In this document: positions 40,916 to 47,362 of the stretch, piece after piece
How the letters are laid out: each line of letters opens with the position of its first letter
How positions within the stretch are numbered: the stretch's first letter is position 1
IMG/VR virus record: IMGVR_UViG_3300032182_000187
Span: 8,497-72,496 of that record
Strand: one strand, 5' to 3'
From: a virus
DNA: 64,000 nt
Translations under genes and position numbers: made by a program
The notes under the pieces: model-generated
Told to the model about the DNA's origin: nothing
The model's input: only the letters and a program-made list of their open reading frames with translations
The model's database searches: none

Positions 40916-41369
40916 CTTTAACAATCCTCCTATGCATTTCGGTTGACCAATACTCGTAATACTCTGTTTTAGACAAAGTATTTCTTGCTCTTAACAGACC
41001 TTTACGTTCTTGACAGAGCATCAAATTTCCCTCGTTGAAATTCGTCTGAATTCCACTAATAAACGTTGGATCGTCTTTGTGATCCTCAAGAAAGATATAA
41101 TCCTTATATCTCCTATTTAATGCATTCCTCCAATCAACCAACTCCTCAAACGTTATATTGTTAGTAATCACAAAAATAGCGACATCAACCCCATCAACTG
41201 GAGCGACATCGCTAATCTCCGATTCTATTACCGTATACTTGGCAGTCTCCGCAAATGGACAGATGCTAAGTCCGCCCATCTTACGTTGTGGTTTGGTTAG
41301 TCTGCGAATCCACTCATCGACCTTGACCTCGATACGGCTTCCTCGCTTTGTTACGAGAAGTCGCTGCAT
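40905..41369 (-). CDS. Hypothetical protein with a DUF1415-like CPFA motif
   Basis: GGLSICPFA motif; nearest in-frame ATG is 41369, start uncertain. Confidence 0.6.
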   Translation of the reverse strand: MQRLLVTKRGSRIEVKVDEWIRRLTKPQRKMGGLSICPFAETAKYTVIESEISDVAPVDGVDVAIFVITNNITFEELVDWRNALNRRYKDYIFLEDHKDDPTFISGIQTNFNEGNLMLCQERKGLLRARNTLSKTEYYEYWSTEMHRRIVKDGE

Positions 41370-41460
41370 ACTTGGTATGCTTCCCAGCACCCTGCCTAGT
41401 ATTCTTTGGAGTAGATTCGATGTTAACACCATTTCCTGTGAGCGACGGTCGCTTTGCCAT
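41314..41460 (-). CDS. Small basic protein ending in YRGQGR (not in ORF track)
   Basis: 48 aa MAKRPSLTGNGVNIESTPKNTRQGAGKHTKYAATSRNKARKPYRGQGR; late-promoter-like AATAAATA just upstream. Confidence 0.8.
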   Translation of the reverse strand: MAKRPSLTGNGVNIESTPKNTRQGAGKHTKYAATSRNKARKPYRGQGR

Positions 41461-41511
41461 AACTTCCTATTTATTGGGACTCCACCAGTATACCACGCTC
41501 AGAACGCTCTG

Positions 41512-41874
41512 TCAACCGATATGTAAGTTAGTATGCTGAAATGGTCCTACAATAGGTCTCGGAGTTCCACCAGATATTCTCTTCGCCTCGTCTCCCTGCA
41601 CTGCGGGTAGTTTGCCATTGATGAAAACTGTGGTATTCACCGCAGGAGTTACGACCCTAACGCCAGGTATACAAGGTACTGGAATTAATGGGTTAATTTT
41701 TTGTCCCTCCACCTGATCAGGGACCGATGTGGCATCATAAGTCTCCAAGAGATCTCCATTCACATAAACATTCGGAGACACGGTGGGGGAACCTCCAAGT
41801 GCCTTCGCAGGATATAAACAGTTTCCATCCGTGTCAGCAGTGTCAACTGCGTCCTTGCCTACTAGAAAGGGCAT
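41512..41874 (-). CDS. PAAR-like baseplate spike-tip protein (gp5.4-like)
   Basis: 120 aa; SPNVYVNG and NTTVFINGKLPAVQGD repeats; located upstream of gp25. Confidence 0.7.
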   Translation of the reverse strand: MPFLVGKDAVDTADTDGNCLYPAKALGGSPTVSPNVYVNGDLLETYDATSVPDQVEGQKINPLIPVPCIPGVRVVTPAVNTTVFINGKLPAVQGDEAKRISGGTPRPIVGPFQHTNLHIG

Positions 41875-42019
41875 TTAATCTTTCCTCCACCGTATCTAAG
41901 TATTCTGTGATATTTTGATGTTCCCCGCCAGGGGGTTTGTACATTAACTTCAGATTGTATAGCACGTTTTCAAGTGCTTCGATCCTCTCAATCAAGGAAC
42001 TCTCGTTCGGGTTGCTCAT
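41843..42019 (-). CDS. Small coiled-coil hypothetical protein (not in ORF track)
   Basis: 58 aa MSNPNESSLIERIEALENVLYNLKLMYKPPGGEHQNITEYLDTVEERLNALSSRQGRS; fills the gap between two genes. Confidence 0.7.
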   Translation of the reverse strand: MSNPNESSLIERIEALENVLYNLKLMYKPPGGEHQNITEYLDTVEERLNALSSRQGRS

Positions 42020-42206
42020 TATTTGTCACCTTCTCTTGTTTTGTCATATTATCATATTGTGTCAGTACGCTCATTTCGGGAACCATGCCAGAGGCATAGT
42101 AATCGACTGCTGCGTCCTGTACAAGGTCTGCGAATTCATTGAAGTCATCGAATACTTGCTCTTTCAATGAACCATCTTTAGTTTTGTAAGTTACTCGGTT
42201 TTTCAT
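41988..42206 (-). CDS. Hypothetical protein
   Basis: 72 aa; late-promoter-like GATAAATA at 42269-42276 upstream. Confidence 0.7.
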   Translation of the reverse strand: MKNRVTYKTKDGSLKEQVFDDFNEFADLVQDAAVDYYASGMVPEMSVLTQYDNMTKQEKVTNNEQPEREFLD

Positions 42207-42358
42207 TGCTCGACTTCTGGGGCGATTTTTTTCTGGGCGGATTTTTTTGAAATGGGGGACCCTATCGATATTTATCGAGCGTCTGGAAACGTTTATAGCT
42301 TAGAAAGACGGTACTTTTTTGGCATCGCTCGGGCTTAATAACAATTACAAATAAATTA

Positions 42359-42430
42359 CGATTAACTGTGTTAATAATTAATCAGTGCTGTTTAATTATA
42401 ATTACACAGTGCTGTTTAATACTTATCACT
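42359..42430. repeat. AT-rich direct repeats with 24-bp period
   Basis: CAGTGCTGTTTAAT at 42383-42396 and 42407-42420, plus recurring TAATTA. Confidence 0.7.
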
Positions 42431-42436
42431 GACAAT

Positions 42437-42464
42437 AAAAAAAGCGAGGTAAAGAATACCTCGC
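42437..42464 (-). terminator. Rho-independent terminator ending the early region
   Basis: Minus strand GCGAGGTA-TTCTT-TACCTCGC followed by T7. Confidence 0.85.
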
Positions 42465-42495
42465 CACTGTGTATTATTAATAATTAGACGATTGT

Positions 42496-42768
42496 CTATA
42501 ATTCAATAATAGTGAGATCTCCAGATTTACGTGCCTTTGCTATCACTGAACCGATGCTAATTTCCTCGGAATTCCAGTTAGTTAAGAGGGCACGAATGTG
42601 GGCGATAAACCTATCGCTACCCCTGAAAATATACTGCTTTTCAGTGTTGCTTTGGTAGGCAATAGTTACGTTGTTATGTAACACTGAGATGCAGTAGATT
42701 GCAGAGGATTCATCAACACTGAATTCACGGAAAAGCATGGAATCAGTGATATCGAAGGAGACAGACAT
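42496..42768 (-). CDS. KTSC-like domain protein
   Basis: 90 aa; SSAI...VTIAY...QYIF...SIGSVI pattern; similar to 45490-45726. Confidence 0.55.
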   Translation of the reverse strand: MSVSFDITDSMLFREFSVDESSAIYCISVLHNNVTIAYQSNTEKQYIFRGSDRFIAHIRALLTNWNSEEISIGSVIAKARKSGDLTIIEL

Positions 42769-42794
42769 TTGTTGAGAAAAGTGTGAACAATAGG

Positions 42795-42812
42795 AGGGGG
42801 ATTGCTCCCCCT
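42795..42812 (-). other. Intergenic GNRA-tetraloop hairpin
   Basis: Minus strand AGGGGGA-GCAA-TCCCCCT without an immediate T-run; possible RNA stability or processing element. Confidence 0.55.
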
Positions 42813-42827
42813 ATGTGATGCTAACCC

Positions 42828-43130
42828 TCAGACAGGGGTGTTAACGTTTTGTGCCCAATTCTGCAGGCGAGCGTTACTCGCTTTGTTGAAAACACGGTCG
42901 GTGTGCATCACTTCGCCTCGGAAGATTACACGGTGACGGTTTGCTGCTTTCGCTGCAGATTTGAGTGCATCACGTCCTAACTTACGCTCTGCTTTAGTGT
43001 TACCATTGAAGGCAAGATCGAAGAGCATAGCAGCACGACGGCGACCAACGATTTTGGGGTTGTTGATAACAGCGTGAGCGAGAGATTCAGCGTTGTTAGT
43101 GAGAACGAAGAATCGAGTGGAAGTGAACAT
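42828..43130 (-). CDS. Basic hypothetical early protein
   Basis: 100 aa from ATG 43130 (MFTSTRFF...); the track's upstream start lies inside the promoter. Confidence 0.7.
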   Translation of the reverse strand: MFTSTRFFVLTNNAESLAHAVINNPKIVGRRRAAMLFDLAFNGNTKAERKLGRDALKSAAKAANRHRVIFRGEVMHTDRVFNKASNARLQNWAQNVNTPV

Positions 43131-43188
43131 GAAACAAATGTAAAGGGTTTGGGCGGTTGGGGTCGTTGCCTCCCCCCCTCGCTTGAAC

Positions 43189-43234
43189 ATAGTATGCCCC
43201 ACCTGCCCCTCCCGTGCGGTATCGGTTGATACCG
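43189..43234 (-). promoter_or_regulatory. NtcA-type site plus -10 element
   Basis: GTA-N8-TAC at 43219-43232 inside the palindrome CGGTATC-N4-GATACCG; CATACT/TACTAT 22-24 nt downstream on the minus strand. Confidence 0.6.
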
Positions 43235-43277
43235 TTTTGGATATTAGTTTGGATGAATTTATTTGCCCTCCTATGTA

Positions 43278-43454
43278 TCACTTACGGCACCAACGGTAAG
43301 CATCACCCTGGTGGGGAATTCTCCAGATGATGCACTCCTCCGCCCACGCAGTTGCTAACCGATAGGCGTGATTAATGTCTGTTGCCCATGTACAACCAAC
43401 GGGGTCAAATTGACCCCATGATGATGGTTGAACTGCCCAAGTTGCTGTGCTCAT
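43278..43454 (-). CDS. Trp-rich small hypothetical protein (not in ORF track)
   Basis: 58 aa MSTATWAVQPSSWGQFDPVGCTWATDINHAYRLATAWAEECIIWRIPHQGDAYRWCRK; starts 4 nt after the GP88-like stop. Confidence 0.7.
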   Translation of the reverse strand: MSTATWAVQPSSWGQFDPVGCTWATDINHAYRLATAWAEECIIWRIPHQGDAYRWCRK

Positions 43455-43458
43455 TGTC

Positions 43459-44187
43459 TCAAACTGCTGCGGTTTGCTTTACCTTTGCCCGCTGAATCTT
43501 GCGGTTGTTTCGTGATGCTTTGCCCCACTCAGATCCCTTCGGTTGAGTACCATGAACTAGCAGGGCGAAAGGACCATCCTCGAAGCAAGATTTATCCTGA
43601 GAGTCTACTTTAAGACCCGCACGGTTTGCATCATCTTCGGACATGAAAACCTTAGCGTAACGTGTGAACAACCCCTCATCGATCATATGATCAAACTTGC
43701 CGCCATATGATGCGGTAAAGTAGAAATTAGAGGGCAACTGCAAACCAACAAATAGTGGCAGATTCTTCGAGTAGCAGTAGAACTTAAGATCAGGATTGTG
43801 CTGGGCAACTAACACCCATGCCATCAAATACTCACGATTGAAGAAATCGCCAGACTCGTGAATTCTGACCTTAGTTGTTGTTTTCTTGCGAGCATTTTGC
43901 AGACCCTCGTTGATAAGGTCAGCAGCATTTCCGTCTCGCAATGCTTTAACAATCGTCTTAAAGTTTTCTTGACGGTTGTTGTAGACTGCATCATATTGCA
44001 CCTCAGATGATGCAGCGAAGCAACGAAATTGTGTGAATTCGCCATCACGAATCGTACGCTTGCCGTTATCACCTAAGACTGCCATTGAGAGGCAATTTAA
44101 TGCACCTGGGCAAGTAAATCCTGCGGGTAAGTTAAAAATAACCGTGTCACGGTTAAGTTTAGCGTTGCCGTGAGAAAAGCGAAGCAT
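43459..44187 (-). CDS. GP88-family (radical-SAM-like) protein
   Basis: 242 aa from ATG 44187; GNAKL...FNLPAGFTCPGALNC...CFA; VRIHESGDFF; FYCYSK. Confidence 0.75.
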   Translation of the reverse strand: MLRFSHGNAKLNRDTVIFNLPAGFTCPGALNCLSMAVLGDNGKRTIRDGEFTQFRCFAASSEVQYDAVYNNRQENFKTIVKALRDGNAADLINEGLQNARKKTTTKVRIHESGDFFNREYLMAWVLVAQHNPDLKFYCYSKNLPLFVGLQLPSNFYFTASYGGKFDHMIDEGLFTRYAKVFMSEDDANRAGLKVDSQDKSCFEDGPFALLVHGTQPKGSEWGKASRNNRKIQRAKVKQTAAV

Positions 44188-44215
44188 TTGTGAAAAGAAT
44201 TGCTTAACTGTTAAT

Positions 44216-44272
44216 ACAATACAGGATTTTAGGCACAATGGTAAATGTTAGTGCCACTTGTATTAGTGGCAC
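44216..44272 (-). promoter_or_regulatory. Early promoter with palindromic upstream box
   Basis: GTGCCACT-N6-AGTGGCAC at 44251-44272; TATTGT -10 element 29 nt downstream. Confidence 0.65.
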
Positions 44273-44279
44273 ACACTGA

Positions 44280-44465
44280 CTAGAATTCGATGGGATCTAG
44301 TGTACCGTTGTTGATGCTAACTCCCTGAGAGATAGTATCACCAACTGCCTGTACGGTTTGCATCACCTCGGTCTGACAATCGCTGGTGATAGCATCAAGA
44401 ATCTGCAGGATTTGTGCTCCATTGCTACCCTTACGGAGCAGAGAAATCATCACGTTGGTGTTCAT
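44280..44465 (-). CDS. Small cyanophage-type hypothetical protein
   Basis: 61 aa from ATG 44465 (MNTNVMISLLRKGSNGAQILQILDAI...). Confidence 0.7.
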   Translation of the reverse strand: MNTNVMISLLRKGSNGAQILQILDAITSDCQTEVMQTVQAVGDTISQGVSINNGTLDPIEF

Positions 44466-44480
44466 AATACAAATGCAATT

Positions 44481-44624
44481 TGATTGGGTTTGTATTAGTA
44501 ATACACTGTGTGTTAGTATTACTAATAGATAGTGAGTTTGTATTAGTATTACATAGTGAGTTTGTATTACTAATACATTGTTAGTTTGTATTAGTATTAG
44601 ATAGTGAGTTTCTAATACTAATAC
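44481..44624. repeat. Six tandem 24-bp AT-rich repeats (iteron-like)
   Basis: Units start at 44481, 44505, 44529, 44553, 44577 and 44601; consensus ATAGTGAGTTTGTATTASTAWTAS. Confidence 0.9.
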
Positions 44625-44736
44625 AAACAAACAGTTATTAAAGGTTAATGCTTATCTTTTAATAACTGTTCACTGTGTTTAAAGTTTAAAAATAAAAAAA
44701 GTGAGAAATTTAACTTTCTTAAAAATCTCACTTTTT
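44584..44736. repeat. Three consecutive inverted repeats
   Basis: 18-bp perfect stem 44584-44601/44611-44628; 13-bp stem 44630-44642/44658-44670; 11-bp stem 44696-44706/44726-44736. Confidence 0.85.
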
Positions 44737-44751
44737 CATTTTTATGAATTA

Positions 44752-44973
44752 TCAATAATGATGATAACTCATAACACTGTTAGGATCAGTGTACCAATCA
44801 TTGTCATCATCTTCCATTTCTGGAGGATTCATCCACTCGTTAACTTTGAGCATGTCCTCAACATCATCCTGAGACATGTATTTGAGGCAGCAGAGTAACA
44901 TCTCCTTGTATGCACATTGCTCTTCAGCAATGCCCATTGCTTCGTCACGAAAGTTGATGATGGTGTTGTTCAT
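44752..44973 (-). CDS. Small acidic hypothetical protein
   Basis: 73 aa from ATG 44973; CCLKYMSQDDVEDMLKVNE. Confidence 0.7.
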   Translation of the reverse strand: MNNTIINFRDEAMGIAEEQCAYKEMLLCCLKYMSQDDVEDMLKVNEWMNPPEMEDDDNDWYTDPNSVMSYHHY

Positions 44974-44994
44974 GGTGTTGTGTGAACTGATGTC

Positions 44995-45051
44995 AGTATA
45001 GGGCAGATGGGTCAGTCTCGGTCGGAAATGTTCCAGATCCCCCACTGTCCA
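44995..45051 (-). promoter_or_regulatory. Early promoter with upstream box
   Basis: GTTCCAG-N9-TGTCCA at 45030-45051; TATACT 29 nt downstream. Confidence 0.6.
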
Positions 45052-45185
45052 CCTGTGCCCTCGGTCAGACTCCCATGGGATGCCTGACGTGCCTGACGTT
45101 GCATCATCTCCCTCTCAATGCACTGGCGGGCGATGTCTGCCAACCAGTCGTTTGAAGCGTAGATGCCGTTGCCGTAGTCTTTCAT
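45012..45185 (-). CDS. Small hypothetical protein (not in ORF track)
   Basis: 57 aa MKDYGNGIYASNDWLADIARQC...GQWGIWNISDRD; has its own promoter upstream. Confidence 0.7.
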   Translation of the reverse strand: MKDYGNGIYASNDWLADIARQCIEREMMQRQARQASHGSLTEGTGGQWGIWNISDRD

Positions 45186-45208
45186 GGTTGTGTCGTGTTG
45201 ACCTCTAA

Positions 45209-45266
45209 AGAATAAACCCCACCAGACCCCTCTGGAAGCGCCTGTGTGCCACCTCTAGAACTGGTT
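45209..45266 (-). promoter_or_regulatory. Early promoter with upstream box
   Basis: GTGCCAC-N9-TGGTT at 45246-45266; TATTCT 31 nt downstream. Confidence 0.6.
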
Positions 45267-45298
45267 GGGTGGGGTAGAGTATTCAATTCATTATGATA

Positions 45299-45460
45299 TC
45301 ATTCCCAGTCAGAATACTCATCATAGTCCTTAAATTTGGATTGTTGTTTCTTCCGAGAAGAATAACGCTTCTGATTTTGGACTTGATAACCGAAATCTTC
45401 GTAGTCATCCTGGAATGACTCTTTAGTGGATTCGGTGTACTTTTGACTCGATTTTGCCAT
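45299..45460 (-). CDS. Small charged hypothetical protein (not in ORF track)
   Basis: 53 aa MAKSSQKYTESTKESFQDDYEDFGYQVQNQKRYSSRKKQQSKFKDYDEYSDWE. Confidence 0.7.
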   Translation of the reverse strand: MAKSSQKYTESTKESFQDDYEDFGYQVQNQKRYSSRKKQQSKFKDYDEYSDWE

Positions 45461-45489
45461 TTTTTGGTGAAATTGTGTACTATTTAGAG

Positions 45490-45726
45490 TCAGACTGCAA
45501 CAATCTGAAGAGTTTTGTCCTCTTTGATCGATTTGTTGACGAATTTGCCAACAGAACGACCATTTTGAACAATATCAGTCATAGTATTGACAAAATCAAC
45601 ACTATTAATACCATTTAGAGCATATTTGTACTCATTACCACTAGTAGTATAGGTGATCATAACATCACTGTCATTTACCTCTACTTTACTAATAGCAGAA
45701 GAGTTCAAATTGTTAAAGGAAGTCAT
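45490..45726 (-). CDS. KTSC-like domain protein
   Basis: 78 aa; NSSAISKV...ITY...GNEYKY...SVGKFVNKSIK matches the KTSC pattern (SS.I...Y.Y...S.G.F.N..IK). Confidence 0.65.
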   Translation of the reverse strand: MTSFNNLNSSAISKVEVNDSDVMITYTTSGNEYKYALNGINSVDFVNTMTDIVQNGRSVGKFVNKSIKEDKTLQIVAV

Positions 45727-45848
45727 AGTTAGTTAATGGTTAACTTTTAAAATTAAAAAATCTCATTTATTAAACTTTTTAAGTTTTTGAGATTTTTGAT
45801 TTATCGAAGTTTTAGGAAAGTTGCCAATCCCTCAACCTCGATACATCT

Positions 45849-45906
45849 AATATACTCGGAATGCTTGGATATGTCAAGGTCTGTGTGCCACTTCGAGGTC
45901 TGTCCA
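45849..45906 (-). promoter_or_regulatory. Sigma70-type early promoter with upstream box
   Basis: TTGACA (45872-45877)-17 nt-TATATT (45849-45854); GTGCCAC-N9-TGTCCA at 45885-45906. Confidence 0.85.
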
Positions 45907-45996
45907 TTAGTCCTTGACTTTCGATAGCAGGTGTGCTAAGGCAACAAGACCTCCGTACATTACAGAACATTACCTATGTTTTTTAAACCATTTCTT

Positions 45997-46029
45997 TTTT
46001 CCACAGGTTTTTCCACAATGTTTTCCACA
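45997..46029 (+). promoter_or_regulatory. Three cyanobacterial-type DnaA boxes
   Basis: TTTTCCACA at 45997, 46009 and 46021 (exact 12-bp period), intergenic. Confidence 0.65.
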
Positions 46030-46077
46030 GGCACTATATCAAGTGTCCATAAACCCTGACACACACTAGAGAGTGGT

Positions 46078-46668
46078 CTAAGAGTAATAACTAATATTCA
46101 GTGGAGAATTACCATATGATGTACACAGTTCTGCTGGTGTACAATCAAATGCCAATGTAATCCTTCTATGGTCAGTATAGTTAGGTGTTACATCATGTTG
46201 GAGTACAGAAGGGAACAATGCAATAGTATTTGCTTTTGGTTCATAGATGAATTCTTCTGTATTATATGGTGTTGGATATGTAGTATCCAGTTTAGTCACC
46301 ATACAGAAATCTTTCGTGAAAGCATGTGGTTTACGAATACAAAAGTTCCCACTGTTAGGCGGTACATCAATGAATACAACACCAGAGATGATGGAGTTAC
46401 CATGATAATGTGTTTGAGCAAAATCCATGTGACCATGGAAGTTTAACCAAGATGATGTAATGTTTACCTTTGTCTTATGTCCTGTTAGTTCTATGTACTT
46501 GTCTATGTGTTGTTTTACTTGTTCTAACAGGAGAGGAAAAACATTTAAAATATCTCTATTGTATGATGTACGACCATTCCCACATGACTCCATGCGTATG
46601 TTATCCCAATGTGTTTCTTCAATTGTAATTGGTTCAATGTAGAGTGGTGTGGGAAATAGGTCAATCAT
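46078..46668 (-). CDS. 2OG-Fe(II) oxygenase-like protein (TIGR02466-type)
   Basis: 196 aa; LFPTPLY, SWLN, HYHGNSIISGVVF, LFPSVLQHDV, RITLAF. Confidence 0.85.
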   Translation of the reverse strand: MIDLFPTPLYIEPITIEETHWDNIRMESCGNGRTSYNRDILNVFPLLLEQVKQHIDKYIELTGHKTKVNITSSWLNFHGHMDFAQTHYHGNSIISGVVFIDVPPNSGNFCIRKPHAFTKDFCMVTKLDTTYPTPYNTEEFIYEPKANTIALFPSVLQHDVTPNYTDHRRITLAFDCTPAELCTSYGNSPLNISYYS

Positions 46669-46874
46669 TGATGTAATTCATTTTCATTGTAATAGAGATA
46701 GACTGTATCATCATCTCCTTTAATCCATTCCAGATACTCATCACCAATAGCAATGGCATCTTCCATACGATCATCTCTAATTAATTCATTGAAACGATCT
46801 TGGAAATATAGGAGGATTTGGTCAGACTGTCTTGAGACAGATTCTTGTTCATTGTGGTTCATAGGTAAGAACAT
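46665..46874 (-). CDS. Small acidic hypothetical protein
   Basis: 69 aa; 4-nt overlap with the downstream gene. Confidence 0.65.
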   Translation of the reverse strand: MFLPMNHNEQESVSRQSDQILLYFQDRFNELIRDDRMEDAIAIGDEYLEWIKGDDDTVYLYYNENELHQ

Positions 46875-47073
46875 TCCTCAAATGATCATAGGAGATAAAC
46901 TTATGTGGTTTAATGAGTTCAGCAATTGCTCTGGCAAACTCATTAGGGAAATATGCATGATATCTCCAGTAGAGAGTTGTCTCTCTTTCAGACAATGTAG
47001 TCTTGGGTTGTGGTTTATCGTTAATAATGACCATGAGTTCTTTCACATGATCTGCGACGATGGATGGTCTCAT
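46849..47073 (-). CDS. Hypothetical protein
   Basis: 74 aa; packed in the minus-strand array. Confidence 0.65.
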   Translation of the reverse strand: MRPSIVADHVKELMVIINDKPQPKTTLSERETTLYWRYHAYFPNEFARAIAELIKPHKFISYDHLRNVLTYEPQ

Positions 47074-47306
47074 TTAGTGAATACCTCAGGTTGATTGGCG
47101 AATTGGTGCAAGAAATCGATGCAAGATTTGTAGCATTGATATTGCATTGGTTGGAGATCAATCCAATCAATAGGATCAGCACTATCCCAGTCAACGTATT
47201 CTACATCATCATCTTGAATGATGTCTGCAGAAATTGCTGTGCCATTATAGTCAATAGCGAGTGCTTTATTTCCAACAACAATGTACATGCAGTCATCGTA
47301 GATCAT
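47070..47306 (-). CDS. Small acidic hypothetical protein
   Basis: 78 aa; AGGAGG ribosome-binding site and its own promoter. Confidence 0.75.
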   Translation of the reverse strand: MIYDDCMYIVVGNKALAIDYNGTAISADIIQDDDVEYVDWDSADPIDWIDLQPMQYQCYKSCIDFLHQFANQPEVFTK

Positions 47307-47333
47307 GGTGTTCCTCCTAGTGTGTGTCTTTAG

Positions 47334-47362
47334 ATCTTAGCAGAGTTAGTCAAACTTGTCAA
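47334..47362 (-). promoter_or_regulatory. Sigma70-type promoter
   Basis: TTGACA-17 nt-TAAGAT with extended -10 TG. Confidence 0.8.

Noticed and set aside
44491-44576. NtcA sites within the repeat cores
   Set aside because: The spacing is GTA-N7-TAC, not N8.
44481-44624. Repeat array as a CRISPR or mini-CRISPR array
   Set aside because: The units are contiguous 24-mers with no unique spacers, and no cas genes are present.
44466-44630. N-terminal 8-aa-repeat extension of ORF 44280-44630
   Set aside because: It is the translation of the 24-bp array from a weak start; ATG 44465 gives a normal small protein. Translation is not formally excluded.
42200-46080. tRNA or known ncRNA genes in the intergenic stretches
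   Set aside because: No cloverleaf or T-loop pattern was recognised by eye; tRNAscan-SE or Infernal would be needed to exclude them fully.
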